Origin: an uncultured bacterium
Lineage (GTDB): Bacteria > Patescibacteriota > Patescibacteriia > Magasanikbacterales > GWA2-37-8
Assembly (NCBI GenBank): GCA_937903605.1
Contig: CALCZC010000028.1
Span: 6,680 to 70,679, forward strand
Reading direction: 5' to 3'
Length of the DNA stretch: 64,000 nt
The notes under the pieces are model-generated. The model saw only the letters and a list, made by a program, of their open reading frames with translations. It did not search any database and was not told the DNA's origin. The position numbers and the translations under genes were made by a program. Within the stretch, counting starts at the first letter, position 1. Each line of letters begins with the position of its first letter. Below are positions 42,618 to 51,823 of the stretch, piece after piece.

Positions 42618-42644
42618 GGCTTTAGGCTTTAATTTTAAAATCCT

Positions 42645-43922
42645 ATGTGGGATACTTTTCAAAAAATTTGGAAAATAAAAGATGTCCGTAATAATATTTT
42701 AGTGGTAGTCGGTCTACTAGTTATTTTTCGCGTAGTAGCCCATATTCCGGTACCAGGAGTAGATGTGGTAGCTTTACGTAATTTTTTATCAGGTCAACAA
42801 ATGTTTCAATTTTTGGATGTTTTTGCCGGTGGTACGGTTAAAAACTTTTCTTTGATAATGTTGGGTGTGGCTCCATATATCACTTCTTCAATCATCTTCC
42901 AGCTTTTGAGCATGATCGTTCCGAAATTTGAAGAAATGAGTAAAGAAGGGGAAGGTGGACGTCAAAAAATAAACATGTATACTCGTTGGTTGACCGTGCC
43001 GCTGGCTTTTATTCAATCTTACGCCATGATCAAACTCTTGAGTAGTTCTGCCCGCTCTATTCTACCAGCCAATTTTACTGGTTTTGATATGTTGATAATC
43101 ATGGTAAGTATTACTGCCGGTACCATGTTTTTAGTTTGGCTTGGCGAGCTAATTTCTGAACGTAAAGTTGGAAACGGTATCTCTCTTTTAATCTTTGCCG
43201 GTATAGTTTCTTCTCTACCCACATCTTTAGGGAGTATGATTGCAAACTATAATACCGGAAGTTTCTATACTATTTTGATGTTTTTGGTTTTGACTATTTT
43301 GACCGTGGTAGGTGTTGTGTTTATCAATGAAGGGCAACGCCAGATACCGGTCAATTATGCTAAACAAATGCATGGTAATCGTACCTATGGTGGATCCAGC
43401 ACTCATTTACCGCTTCGAGTTAATATGGCTGGGGTAATCCCGATTATATTTGCGATTTCACTTGTTATGATGCCTTCTATGATGGCTCAGTTTTTTGTAA
43501 ATGCCAAAGCCGATTGGATAAAAGACGCCGCTTATTTTATTGTTTCTCTGTTTCAAAACCAAGCCTTTTATGGCGCAATATATTTCTTGTTGGTTTTTGG
43601 ATTTACCTATTTTTATACCGGTGTAGTATTTAATCCGCAAAAAATTGCTGAGAACTTACAAAAACAGGGAGGCTTCGTACCGGGTATTAGACCAGGTAAA
43701 GAAACAGAAATTTATTTACAAAAGACGGTCAATAGAATCAATTTAGTAGGAGCTTCTTTTTTGGGCTTGATAGCCGTATTGCCTTTATTGCTTCAGGTTA
43801 TTATTGGTTCACGTAGTCTGACTATTGGCGGTACTTCTTTATTGATTGCTGTGGCAGTGGCTATAGAAACTTATAAACAAATAGATTCGCAAGTAACGAT
43901 GCATCAATACGATCATTTATAA
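42645..43922 (+). CDS. secY: Preprotein translocase subunit SecY
   Basis: Ten TM segments. GVAPYITSSIIFQLL and GQRQIPVNYAKQ motifs. Confidence 0.95.
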   Translation: MWDTFQKIWKIKDVRNNILVVVGLLVIFRVVAHIPVPGVDVVALRNFLSGQQMFQFLDVFAGGTVKNFSLIMLGVAPYITSSIIFQLLSMIVPKFEEMSKEGEGGRQKINMYTRWLTVPLAFIQSYAMIKLLSSSARSILPANFTGFDMLIIMVSITAGTMFLVWLGELISERKVGNGISLLIFAGIVSSLPTSLGSMIANYNTGSFYTILMFLVLTILTVVGVVFINEGQRQIPVNYAKQMHGNRTYGGSSTHLPLRVNMAGVIPIIFAISLVMMPSMMAQFFVNAKADWIKDAAYFIVSLFQNQAFYGAIYFLLVFGFTYFYTGVVFNPQKIAENLQKQGGFVPGIRPGKETEIYLQKTVNRINLVGASFLGLIAVLPLLLQVIIGSRSLTIGGTSLLIAVAVAIETYKQIDSQVTMHQYDHL

Positions 43923-44025
43923 GAATAAATATAAAAAGCTTTAAATTAGCCCCGCTGATAAATAAGCGGGGTTAATTGTATAAAAAAGACGGTTTTGTTA
44001 TAATAAGAACGTAAAAAATAATCAT

Positions 44026-44694
44026 GTGAAAAAAATACTTATTTTTATTGGTAGCCCAGGGTCGGGAAAAGGTACTCAGGCCAAGCGTATCGCCAAAGAA
44101 TTTGGTTATGTTCATTTAAGTACCGGAGCTTTGTTGCGACGTTTAAGTGAAAAAAAAGAGATTCCAAGACGTATTGAAAAAGCTCTTGATTTTATGAAAA
44201 AAGGACACCTGGTTCCGGATTGGCTAGTTTATGAAATAGTTTTTCCGGAAATAGATAAAATACTCTTAAGAAAAGGCGGGGGAGTTATTTTTGACGGAGC
44301 TATCAGAAATTTAAAACAAGCCAGAGCTTTTCAAACTCACTTTAAAAAAATGAAATTGGAGAATGAAGTCCTGGCTTTACAAATAAAAATTACCAATAAA
44401 GAAGCTTTCGATCGTTTGACCAAAAGGAGGGTTTGTAGTAAATGTGATGAAATTATACCCTGGACTTCTTTGACCGCTAAAATAAAAAATTGTACCAAGT
44501 GTGGCGGTAAATTGGTATTACGCAAAGACGATAATTTGGCTGTAATCAAAAGAAGGATCAAGGTACAAGGGACAGGAGCCCAAAAACCGATTTTAGATTT
44601 TTATCGTCAACGCAAAATGCTCAAAGTGATAGATGGGATGAAAAGTATTGAAGAAGTAATGTTACTGGTAGAAAATGAAATTATTAGTTCTTAG
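44026..44694 (+). CDS. adk: Adenylate kinase (zinc-lid type)
   Basis: P-loop IGSPGSGKGTQA. Lid CSKCDE...CTKCGG. Confidence 0.9.
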   Translation: MKKILIFIGSPGSGKGTQAKRIAKEFGYVHLSTGALLRRLSEKKEIPRRIEKALDFMKKGHLVPDWLVYEIVFPEIDKILLRKGGGVIFDGAIRNLKQARAFQTHFKKMKLENEVLALQIKITNKEAFDRLTKRRVCSKCDEIIPWTSLTAKIKNCTKCGGKLVLRKDDNLAVIKRRIKVQGTGAQKPILDFYRQRKMLKVIDGMKSIEEVMLLVENEIISS

Positions 44695-44697
44695 TTT

Positions 44698-45492
44698 ATG
44701 TTGATTAAGACAAAAAAAGAAATAGATATCTTAAAAAAAGACGGTCAAATACTAGGCCAAATTTTAGCTAATTTAAGCAAAATTTGTGTTCCAGGAAAAA
44801 CAACTTGGGAAATAGATAAAAAAGCTGAAGAATTAATTTTGAAAGCTGGAGGTAAGCCGGCATTTAAAAATTATCAGGGCGATCCAAGAGATCTGCCTTT
44901 TCCTTCTACCATTTGCGCTTGTATCAATAATCAGATAGTTCATGCTATAGCTTCCAAAAAAGTTGTACTGAAAGATGGGGATATATTTACCATAGATATT
45001 GGCATGGAGAAAAACGGTTTATTTACTGATACAGCGATTACATTAGCTATTGGAGAAATTTCTCCACAAACAAAAGAATTAATGCGCGTTACAAGACAAT
45101 CTCTTGAAGAAGGAATAAAAGCCGTTAGGCCCGGGAATAGCGTAGCTGATATCGGAAAAGCAATAGAAAATTATGTCAAAAGCCAAGGGAAATACGGTAT
45201 TGTTAGAGATTTAGTTGGACATGGGGTTGGACACGGGGTTCATGAAGATCCAGTAATCCCGAATTATTATGATAGAAAATTAGAAAACTTTAAATTAAAA
45301 CCCGGAATGGTTTTGGCGATTGAACCAATGATAACAACAGGTGATTGGAAAATCAAAGACGGCCCGGACGGTTTTTCAATAGATACGGCTGACGGTTCAT
45401 TGTGTGCACATTTTGAACACACTGTTGTAGTTACTAAAGACGGTTGTGAAGTTATTACAAGAAGGCCGGATGAAAATCAAGAAATAATTTGA
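44698..45492 (+). CDS. map: Methionine aminopeptidase type I
   Basis: Metal-binding residues in FTIDIGMEKNGLFTDTA, VGHGVGHGVHEDP and LAIEPM. Confidence 0.9.
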   Translation: MLIKTKKEIDILKKDGQILGQILANLSKICVPGKTTWEIDKKAEELILKAGGKPAFKNYQGDPRDLPFPSTICACINNQIVHAIASKKVVLKDGDIFTIDIGMEKNGLFTDTAITLAIGEISPQTKELMRVTRQSLEEGIKAVRPGNSVADIGKAIENYVKSQGKYGIVRDLVGHGVGHGVHEDPVIPNYYDRKLENFKLKPGMVLAIEPMITTGDWKIKDGPDGFSIDTADGSLCAHFEHTVVVTKDGCEVITRRPDENQEII

Positions 45493-45624
45493 TTAAATAC
45501 TTTTTAATGACCAAACCCCAATGACCAATGACCAATCAAACCCTAAATCCCAATTACATTTAGACATTTAGGCATTGGGCATTGATTGGGAATTGGGATT
45601 TGGACATTGGGATTTTTAAATATT

Positions 45625-46011
45625 ATGAACATTCTCGGTGTTGATTTCGGCACAAAGCGTATCGGTCTTGCCTGGGTGAATAAAGAGCTCGGGGTTGTTT
45701 TGCCATACGGTCAAATCAGAGGTGCTGATAGGGAAGAAATGATGCTAAAATTAGCCAAATTTATCAAGGAAGAAAAAATAGACAAAGTTGTTTTTGGATT
45801 GCCGCTATCGCTTGAAGGAGAAGAAAGTAGTAATAGTAGACGAGTGCGTGAATTTGTGGATGAATTGAAAAAAAATATTAATGTTCCAGTTGATTTTTAT
45901 GATGAAAGATACAGCTCTTTTGCTGCTGATCAAATGGGAGGAGATGCTACGCGTGATGAAAAAGCAGCGATGATAATTTTACAAGATTATTTGGAGAATG
46001 AAGAAAAATAA
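45625..46011 (+). CDS. ruvX: Holliday-junction resolvase-like RuvX/YqgF
   Basis: MNILGVDFGTKRIGLAWVN...VVFGLPLSLEGEES. Start chosen at ATG 45625. Confidence 0.85.
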   Translation: MNILGVDFGTKRIGLAWVNKELGVVLPYGQIRGADREEMMLKLAKFIKEEKIDKVVFGLPLSLEGEESSNSRRVREFVDELKKNINVPVDFYDERYSSFAADQMGGDATRDEKAAMIILQDYLENEEK

Positions 46012-46012
46012 T

Positions 46013-46732
46013 ATGCTTGCTTTTGTTTTAAAAAGAACCGATTTAAAAGAATTTGATCAGATAATCACTTTATTTACATCAGAAAAAGGTAAGATAGAGG
46101 TTTTAGCCAAAGGCGTGAAGAAAGTCACAGCCAAGAATTCGGCTTTTTTGGAACTGTTTTTTTTAATTGAAGCCGAAATTGTAGAAGGAAAAGAATTTTT
46201 GCGTCTTACCACTGCCACACCTGTAGAAAGTTTCAAAGAAATTCGCGCGGATTGGCAAAAAAGTTTATTGGTCGGATATATTTGTGAAATTTTGGCGCGT
46301 TTGTTACCGAATAATCAACCAGAAAGCAAAATTTTTAAATTATTTTTTTCATTTTTAAAATTTTTGGTGGAGGTAAAAGAAATAAGTAGGATTTTTAGTA
46401 TTGCTTTTATTTGGAAAGTCTTTGCTCTACAAGGTTATCTGCCTGTTTTAGACGCTTGTGTAGTTTGTGGAGAAGGTTATAATTTAAATTTCTTTTCATC
46501 TTTGAACGGGGGACTACTCTGTGATAATTGCAGAGATAAAAATTTATATTTACAAAAAGCTATTTTGTTAAAAGATAAAGATAAAGAAAATTTGAAAATG
46601 TTAGTTAGAAATGATTGGTTAGATATTAAAATAAGTAAAGAAGATGGAGAAAAACAGGAAAAAATTCTAAGCGATTTTTGCGCTTATCATAGCGAAAAAA
46701 AGGTTCCAGTCTTAAATTTTTTGGTAAATTAA
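46013..46732 (+). CDS. recO: DNA repair protein RecO
   Basis: N-terminal OB region (AFVLKRTDLKEFDQIITLFTSEKGKI). C-terminal zinc motif CVVCGEGYN...LLCDNC. Confidence 0.75.
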   Translation: MLAFVLKRTDLKEFDQIITLFTSEKGKIEVLAKGVKKVTAKNSAFLELFFLIEAEIVEGKEFLRLTTATPVESFKEIRADWQKSLLVGYICEILARLLPNNQPESKIFKLFFSFLKFLVEVKEISRIFSIAFIWKVFALQGYLPVLDACVVCGEGYNLNFFSSLNGGLLCDNCRDKNLYLQKAILLKDKDKENLKMLVRNDWLDIKISKEDGEKQEKILSDFCAYHSEKKVPVLNFLVN

Positions 46733-46740
46733 AAAGGTTA

Positions 46741-46960
46741 TTGACAAAAATACGTTTTATTTGTAACATATACGATGTTCGATTGGTTTTAGGGCCATCG
46801 AAACTCCTGATGGAAGGAGAATTTTATCGGCTTGTTCTTCTTTGCAGAGAAGAACGCTAGAGCCGCGCTTCAAAAACTTTCATCTCGCGCGGTTAAAAAC
46901 TCCTTTATCAACTTCATGTTTACGCTCCTTTTAGCGCGGCCTGCAAGCCGTGCTTTTTTT
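46741..46960 (+). ncRNA. Candidate small non-coding RNA (promoter + ~185-nt structured transcript + terminator); identity unknown
   Basis: TTGACA, 17-nt spacer, TAACAT at 46741-46769. No ORF longer than 16 aa. Hairpins GGCCATCGAAACTCCTGATGG and TTCTTCTTTGCAGAGAAGAA. Terminal AGCGCGGCCTGCAAGCCGTGCTTTTTTT. Confidence 0.25.
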
Positions 46961-47028
46961 ATAAAAAATTCGTCCAATAGGACGAATTTTCTAATCTTGT
47001 AATCTTTAAATCTTGCAATCTTGTAATT

Positions 47029-48045
47029 TTACTCGACGAAAGGTCCGACAAATTCCATTTTTTTATCAGGATGCAAAATAGTTTTTCCACCAATTGGTAA
47101 AATTAACGGATTTTTATCCACTCCATGACCAAAATTTTCTACTTTTAGAATATATAATGGATTTTTTTCTTCTATTCTTCTTTGCAAAACATCGGAAATC
47201 AAATATTCAAAAACATTGGTAAACTTCATTTCGTGTTCACGATTAAAAATATCGTTAAAACGTCTGTATTCGCTACCAAGTTTTTTCTCGTTCATTTTTC
47301 CGATAACCAAAGCTTTTATTTTTTTGAAAACTCCGCGTGCATCCAAAGCGATAACTATTCTATGCAGATCCTCCAGATCCATATCAAGTTCTTCAATAAA
47401 TAAAATATAATCTTCCCAAGAACGGGGGTTTATCTCGCTAATATCCAATAAATCACGAAATGTACTAAAATTACCCCCGATGCAAATTCCTTCAATTGGT
47501 TTTTCAGGCGCTCCAGAGCCACCTATCCATTTATAATTTTTTTCTTGAAAAGAAAATTTATTTTTTTCTCCGGAAATAATATCAAAAAACAATTTGTAAT
47601 TATCTTGAACAAAAAGGCCGCAAGCGTTGCTGTAATGAAAAGTAAGAAGTTTGATTTTGAAATATAAATAATTTATCAAAAAAGTTGTGTCGGAAAAACC
47701 ACTTACAATTGGTTTTTGTTTTTTGAGACGCGCTAAATCTTCAGGAGAAAAACGACGAACAATATCAGCACACCCTGTTCCACCGTAAACAGGTAAAAGC
47801 CAATTTACCTTTTTGAGAGCTTTGCGAAGTTTACGTAAACGTTCTAAACCGGATGCAGAAAGATAGCGTGGATCAAGATAATTTCTTTCCACTTCAAAAT
47901 ATTTGGTTAGTGGGTATTGTTCTTTAAGTTTGCTTAAAGATTTTTCAAAAACCGACCAATCATTTTTTCCTACTGGGGAAGACGTATTAACCAGGTTAAT
48001 TTGGCTAAAATTAGTGATTTTTTTAGGATATAGCATATGTTTCAT
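47029..48045 (-). CDS. LD-carboxypeptidase (peptidase S66, LdcA/MccF-like)
   Basis: VYGGTGCADI (GG-x-G) and the nucleophile region VSGFSDTTFL. Confidence 0.7.
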   Translation of the reverse strand: MKHMLYPKKITNFSQINLVNTSSPVGKNDWSVFEKSLSKLKEQYPLTKYFEVERNYLDPRYLSASGLERLRKLRKALKKVNWLLPVYGGTGCADIVRRFSPEDLARLKKQKPIVSGFSDTTFLINYLYFKIKLLTFHYSNACGLFVQDNYKLFFDIISGEKNKFSFQEKNYKWIGGSGAPEKPIEGICIGGNFSTFRDLLDISEINPRSWEDYILFIEELDMDLEDLHRIVIALDARGVFKKIKALVIGKMNEKKLGSEYRRFNDIFNREHEMKFTNVFEYLISDVLQRRIEEKNPLYILKVENFGHGVDKNPLILPIGGKTILHPDKKMEFVGPFVE

Positions 48046-48079
48046 ATTTTGCCTATTTTAGCACAAATTAGCCAAAAAA

Positions 48080-49048
48080 TCAAGGGGTTAATGACACTAG
48101 AACAATTTCCGGGATGGATAAAAATCTTATTTGTCCCCCAGACTCGCCAGCTCCTACTGAAGTATAAATAGGGGTATTTTTCCAATAATTTAATCCGCGG
48201 TAGAATTTTTTTGGTAATATCAAGTCAACACTCCCGATAGGGCCTATTATAGGCAAGTAAACTTGACCACCATGCGTATGTCCGGCTAAAACCAAGTCTG
48301 GTTTTTTGAATATTTCTGGATATCCAAGGATACCATCGGGATTATGAGCAATAAAAATCAAAGGGTGATTTTCTGGTAAATTTTTTAATTCTGAATAATC
48401 TTTTTTTCCAACGTAAATATCATCTATACCAAAAAGACAGAGATCCTGTTTATTTATTTTTAAACAGTAAAGATTATTTTTCAACAAAGTTATATTATTT
48501 TTTTTCATTTGATCCATCAATTCTTTTGTTTTATCACCAGTACCCAAATGTCTTTTGGACAAATCCATTTGTCCCAAACCATATTCGTGATTTCCAAACA
48601 CATAGAAACTTGGATATTTTTCCGCAACTTTTTTTAACGGCTCTAGATAGATGCTTTCGTCTTCAAAAACCCCTTCATTGTCGATTAGATCTCCGCCAAA
48701 AATTACCAAATCCGGTTCGGTCGCCATTATTTCATTCGCGATTTTTTCTATCCAGTCAGTTTTTTTATGTTTGCCGGCCTGCATATCAGCAACAAAAGCA
48801 ATTTTGATAGGAGTTTGAAAAGATGTATTTTTTATTTCTACTTGTTTGGTGATTAAAATAAAAGGCTCTATCAGGTGGGCGTAAAGAGAACAAAAAATAC
48901 CGAAAATTAATATAGATAAGAGCGAATAAGTGGTTTTTTGGTGTCGATTAAAAAACAGATCTTTTTGTCGTAAATCGCGAACTATAAAATAAACCAGCAA
49001 TAAAGCGGTGGAGATATAGCCGTAAACTATAACAGTAATAAAATTCAT
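48080..49048 (-). CDS. Membrane-anchored calcineurin-like metallophosphoesterase
   Basis: N-terminal TM helices. IAFVADMQ, LVIFGGDLID, GNHE and GHTHGG motifs. Confidence 0.75.
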   Translation of the reverse strand: MNFITVIVYGYISTALLLVYFIVRDLRQKDLFFNRHQKTTYSLLSILIFGIFCSLYAHLIEPFILITKQVEIKNTSFQTPIKIAFVADMQAGKHKKTDWIEKIANEIMATEPDLVIFGGDLIDNEGVFEDESIYLEPLKKVAEKYPSFYVFGNHEYGLGQMDLSKRHLGTGDKTKELMDQMKKNNITLLKNNLYCLKINKQDLCLFGIDDIYVGKKDYSELKNLPENHPLIFIAHNPDGILGYPEIFKKPDLVLAGHTHGGQVYLPIIGPIGSVDLILPKKFYRGLNYWKNTPIYTSVGAGESGGQIRFLSIPEIVLVSLTP

Positions 49049-49161
49049 AGTAGCTATATTTTAGCGGAAAATTTGGGTTGTGGCAATAATATGTACAAAC
49101 TGGACACAGCTGGTTATTTTTGGTACGATTTAGTTAATAAAATTAAAAAATAATTAAAAGT

Positions 49162-49539
49162 ATGGAAAAATTTAAACCTGAAGAAACCAGTTTGCCCCTG
49201 GAAGAAAAAAGGCAAGTAGATATGCAATTTGGTGGTAATGTAAAATTAAGTATGGATTATGTAAATGCTTATTTGATGATAGATTTTTGTAGACAACTAT
49301 CAAAATTTGAAGAAATGAAACCGATACAAACTTACGAAGAGTATTTTTCAGGGGAAGGAAAAAATCCAAACATTCTTCCGTATGTTTTAAAATTAAGCGA
49401 TGCTAAAGCAATAGAAAATCTAAATAGTCTAGTTATTGATTTTAACAGCGATCTAGATAGAATAAAAGAAGAAAAGGACATTGAAGCGGTAAAAGAATTT
49501 TTGGATAAGATAGGTATTTTAATGAAAGAAAAGAAATAA
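49162..49539 (+). CDS. Hypothetical protein (125 aa)
   Basis: ORF only. The 3' end overlaps a tRNA-Leu-derived fragment. Confidence 0.4.
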   Translation: MEKFKPEETSLPLEEKRQVDMQFGGNVKLSMDYVNAYLMIDFCRQLSKFEEMKPIQTYEEYFSGEGKNPNILPYVLKLSDAKAIENLNSLVIDFNSDLDRIKEEKDIEAVKEFLDKIGILMKEKK

Positions 49540-49648
49540 GGGTTCGATTCTCTCCCAGGGAACCCGGTAATAAAAAAGACAGGATTTATTCCTGTCTTTT
49601 AAGCGTTTAGTGGGACGCTGAGCGTCCCGATCACGACGCTTAGCGTCG

Positions 49649-49730
49649 TGCCCTAGGAGAGAATCGAACTCTCACACCTTGCGGTACACGATTTTGAGTC
49701 GTGCGCGTCTACCAATTCCGCCACCAGGGC
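49649..49730 (-). tRNA. tRNA-Leu (anticodon CAA), long variable arm
   Basis: Acceptor GCCCTGG/CTAGGGC. D-arm GGCGGAATTGGTAGACGCG. Anticodon loop CTCAAAA. T-arm GAGAGTTCGATTCTCTC. 82 nt. Confidence 0.8.
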
Positions 49731-49928
49731 CGATTATATTGTTTTGTTGTAAAAGTATCCAGTTTTAACTCTCAATGAGCCATCTTGTGGTCCTGAATCG
49801 AACCTGTTCTGGTTTAGGACCGCCACCAGGGCATTTTTATGTGTATAATTGTACCAAATTTTGATTTTTTGTCAAGCTTGTGATAAAATAAGTTCATCCA
49901 TAAAGAATTGGCTAATTTTAGACTATTT

Positions 49929-50717
49929 ATGTCAAAAGTCATTTCCGTAGTTAATCAAAAAGGTGGTGTGGGTAAAACCACCACAGCCGTGAATTTGGCT
50001 GCCGGGCTTGCTGAACTGGGCAAGTTTGTTTTGCTTGTAGATTTAGATCCGCAAGCTAATGCAACTTCTGGTTTAGGTGTTAATCATAACGAGCTTGAAA
50101 AAGGTTTATACCATGCTTTGATAAACGATCACCCGGTTCACGATGTAATAGTTGATTCTAAACACATTGGTTTGCGAATTTTACCAGCCACACAAGATTT
50201 AGCCGGAGCGAATGTGGAATTGGTAAATTTAGATAGGCGTGAATTTAAACTTGACGATCTTTTGGCACAAGCCAAACACGCTTATGATTATATTATCATT
50301 GACTGTCCGCCATCACTTGGTATTTTGACTCTCAATGGGTTGGTCGCCGCCGATCATATTCTTATTCCTGTACAAGCTGAGTACTATGCATTGGAAGGTT
50401 TGGGGCAACTTCTTAAAACCATAGCTTTGGTAAAAGAAAATGTTAAAGCTGAATTAAATGTTTTAGGAGCGGTTTTGACTATGTTTGATAGTCGCAATCG
50501 ATTGTCTGAGGAAGTTTTGCATGAATTGTATAAATATTTTCCTAACAATATTTTTCGTTCGGTTATTCCACGAACTGTTCGTTTGGCCGAGGCTCCTTCT
50601 TATGGTAAAAGCATTTTTCATTACGAACCCAGTGGTAAGGGAGCAAAAGCATATGAACGTTTAGCAAGAGAGTTTGTGGAGAGATTTGAAAATAATAATA
50701 ATTCAGATACAATTTAA
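49929..50717 (+). CDS. parA: Chromosome partitioning ATPase ParA/Soj
   Basis: MSKVISVVNQKGGVGKTTTAVNLAAGLA (deviant Walker A). Confidence 0.9.
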   Translation: MSKVISVVNQKGGVGKTTTAVNLAAGLAELGKFVLLVDLDPQANATSGLGVNHNELEKGLYHALINDHPVHDVIVDSKHIGLRILPATQDLAGANVELVNLDRREFKLDDLLAQAKHAYDYIIIDCPPSLGILTLNGLVAADHILIPVQAEYYALEGLGQLLKTIALVKENVKAELNVLGAVLTMFDSRNRLSEEVLHELYKYFPNNIFRSVIPRTVRLAEAPSYGKSIFHYEPSGKGAKAYERLAREFVERFENNNNSDTI

Positions 50718-50760
50718 TCTTTCAATCTTTAAATCTTTGAATCTTTTAAATTAATAATGT

Positions 50761-51678
50761 ATGTCTTTAGGCCGAGGTTTAGGCGCTTTAATTTCGTCTA
50801 ACAATAATATAAAAAAAGAACCGGTCGCCACAACTATTACTTCAAAAACAGGTAGTTTGGCTACCTTAGAAAAACCAATTAGCAAAAAAGAAGAAAAAAG
50901 TTCAGAAAATAATCTTTGGTTTATACCTGTAAGTAAGATTTTTAGTAATCCTAATCAACCGCGTAAAAATTTTAAACCGGAACTTTTAGACGAGCTTTCT
51001 GAAAGTATTAAAAAACATGGTGTTTTACAACCTCTTGTTTTATCAGAAAAATCAGATGGTAATTACGAGATTATTGCCGGAGAGCGTCGTTGGCGAGCCA
51101 GTAAATTGGCTGGTCTGGCTACCGTACCAGCTTTAGTAAAAGAATTTAAAGATCAAGAAAAATTAGAAGTGTCTCTGATAGAAAATGTACAACGAGCGGA
51201 CCTTAATCCTATTGAAGAAGCTTTTGCTTATAAACGACTGATGGAAGAGTTCGATTTGACCCAAGAAGAGGTAGCTGGCAGAGTAGGTAAGAGCCGTTCT
51301 TTTGTGGCAAATATCGTTCGTTTATTGGATCTGCCGGAGAAAGTAAAAGAAGCCTTGATAGATGGTAAAATTAATACTGGACAAGCTAGAGCTTTGCTGT
51401 CCTTGCCTTCTGATAAAGAACGTTTGGAAATGTTATCTTCAATGTTGGGACAAAAGATTACTGTTCGTGAGTTGGAAAGAGAAGCGCAAAAAATAAGAAT
51501 TAAAAAAATTCCGATCAAACGTGATGCAAACCTTCTTTTTTTGGAAGAAAAATTACGAGAAGCACTTGGTACAAAAGTTTCTATTTCCGCTCGCGGGGAG
51601 TCTGGTAGTATAAATATTTCATATTACTCCAAAGAAGAATTAGTACAACTTATTCGTAAAATCACTGGATTGGAATAA
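50761..51678 (+). CDS. parB: Chromosome partitioning protein ParB/Spo0J
   Basis: ParB box GERRWRASKLAG and an HTH region. Confidence 0.9.
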   Translation: MSLGRGLGALISSNNNIKKEPVATTITSKTGSLATLEKPISKKEEKSSENNLWFIPVSKIFSNPNQPRKNFKPELLDELSESIKKHGVLQPLVLSEKSDGNYEIIAGERRWRASKLAGLATVPALVKEFKDQEKLEVSLIENVQRADLNPIEEAFAYKRLMEEFDLTQEEVAGRVGKSRSFVANIVRLLDLPEKVKEALIDGKINTGQARALLSLPSDKERLEMLSSMLGQKITVRELEREAQKIRIKKIPIKRDANLLFLEEKLREALGTKVSISARGESGSINISYYSKEELVQLIRKITGLE

Positions 51679-51728
51679 TATTAGATATTGAATATTTTAA
51701 AACATCCGACATAGGTCGGATGTTTTTT

Positions 51729-51815
51729 GTCATTCTGAGTGAAATGAAGAATCCCTTATAGTTTGCTTATTGTTTAAGCGTTGTCGAAGAGATCCTTCGC
51801 TACGCTCAGGATGAC
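51729..51815. repeat. REP/MITE-like palindromic element, GTCATTCTGAG...CTCAGGATGAC family, copy B
   Basis: GTCATTCTGAGTGAAATGAAGAATCCC...GAGATCCTTCGCTACGCTCAGGATGAC. Confidence 0.65.
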
Positions 51816-51823
51816 GCGAGACG

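Noticed and set aside
49760-49835. Second tRNA adjacent to tRNA-Leu(CAA)
   Set aside because: It shares the first 13 nt of tRNA-Leu and has a T-loop-like GGTTCGATTC, but no complementary 3' acceptor strand or anticodon arm can be drawn. It is treated as a tRNA fragment, not a gene.
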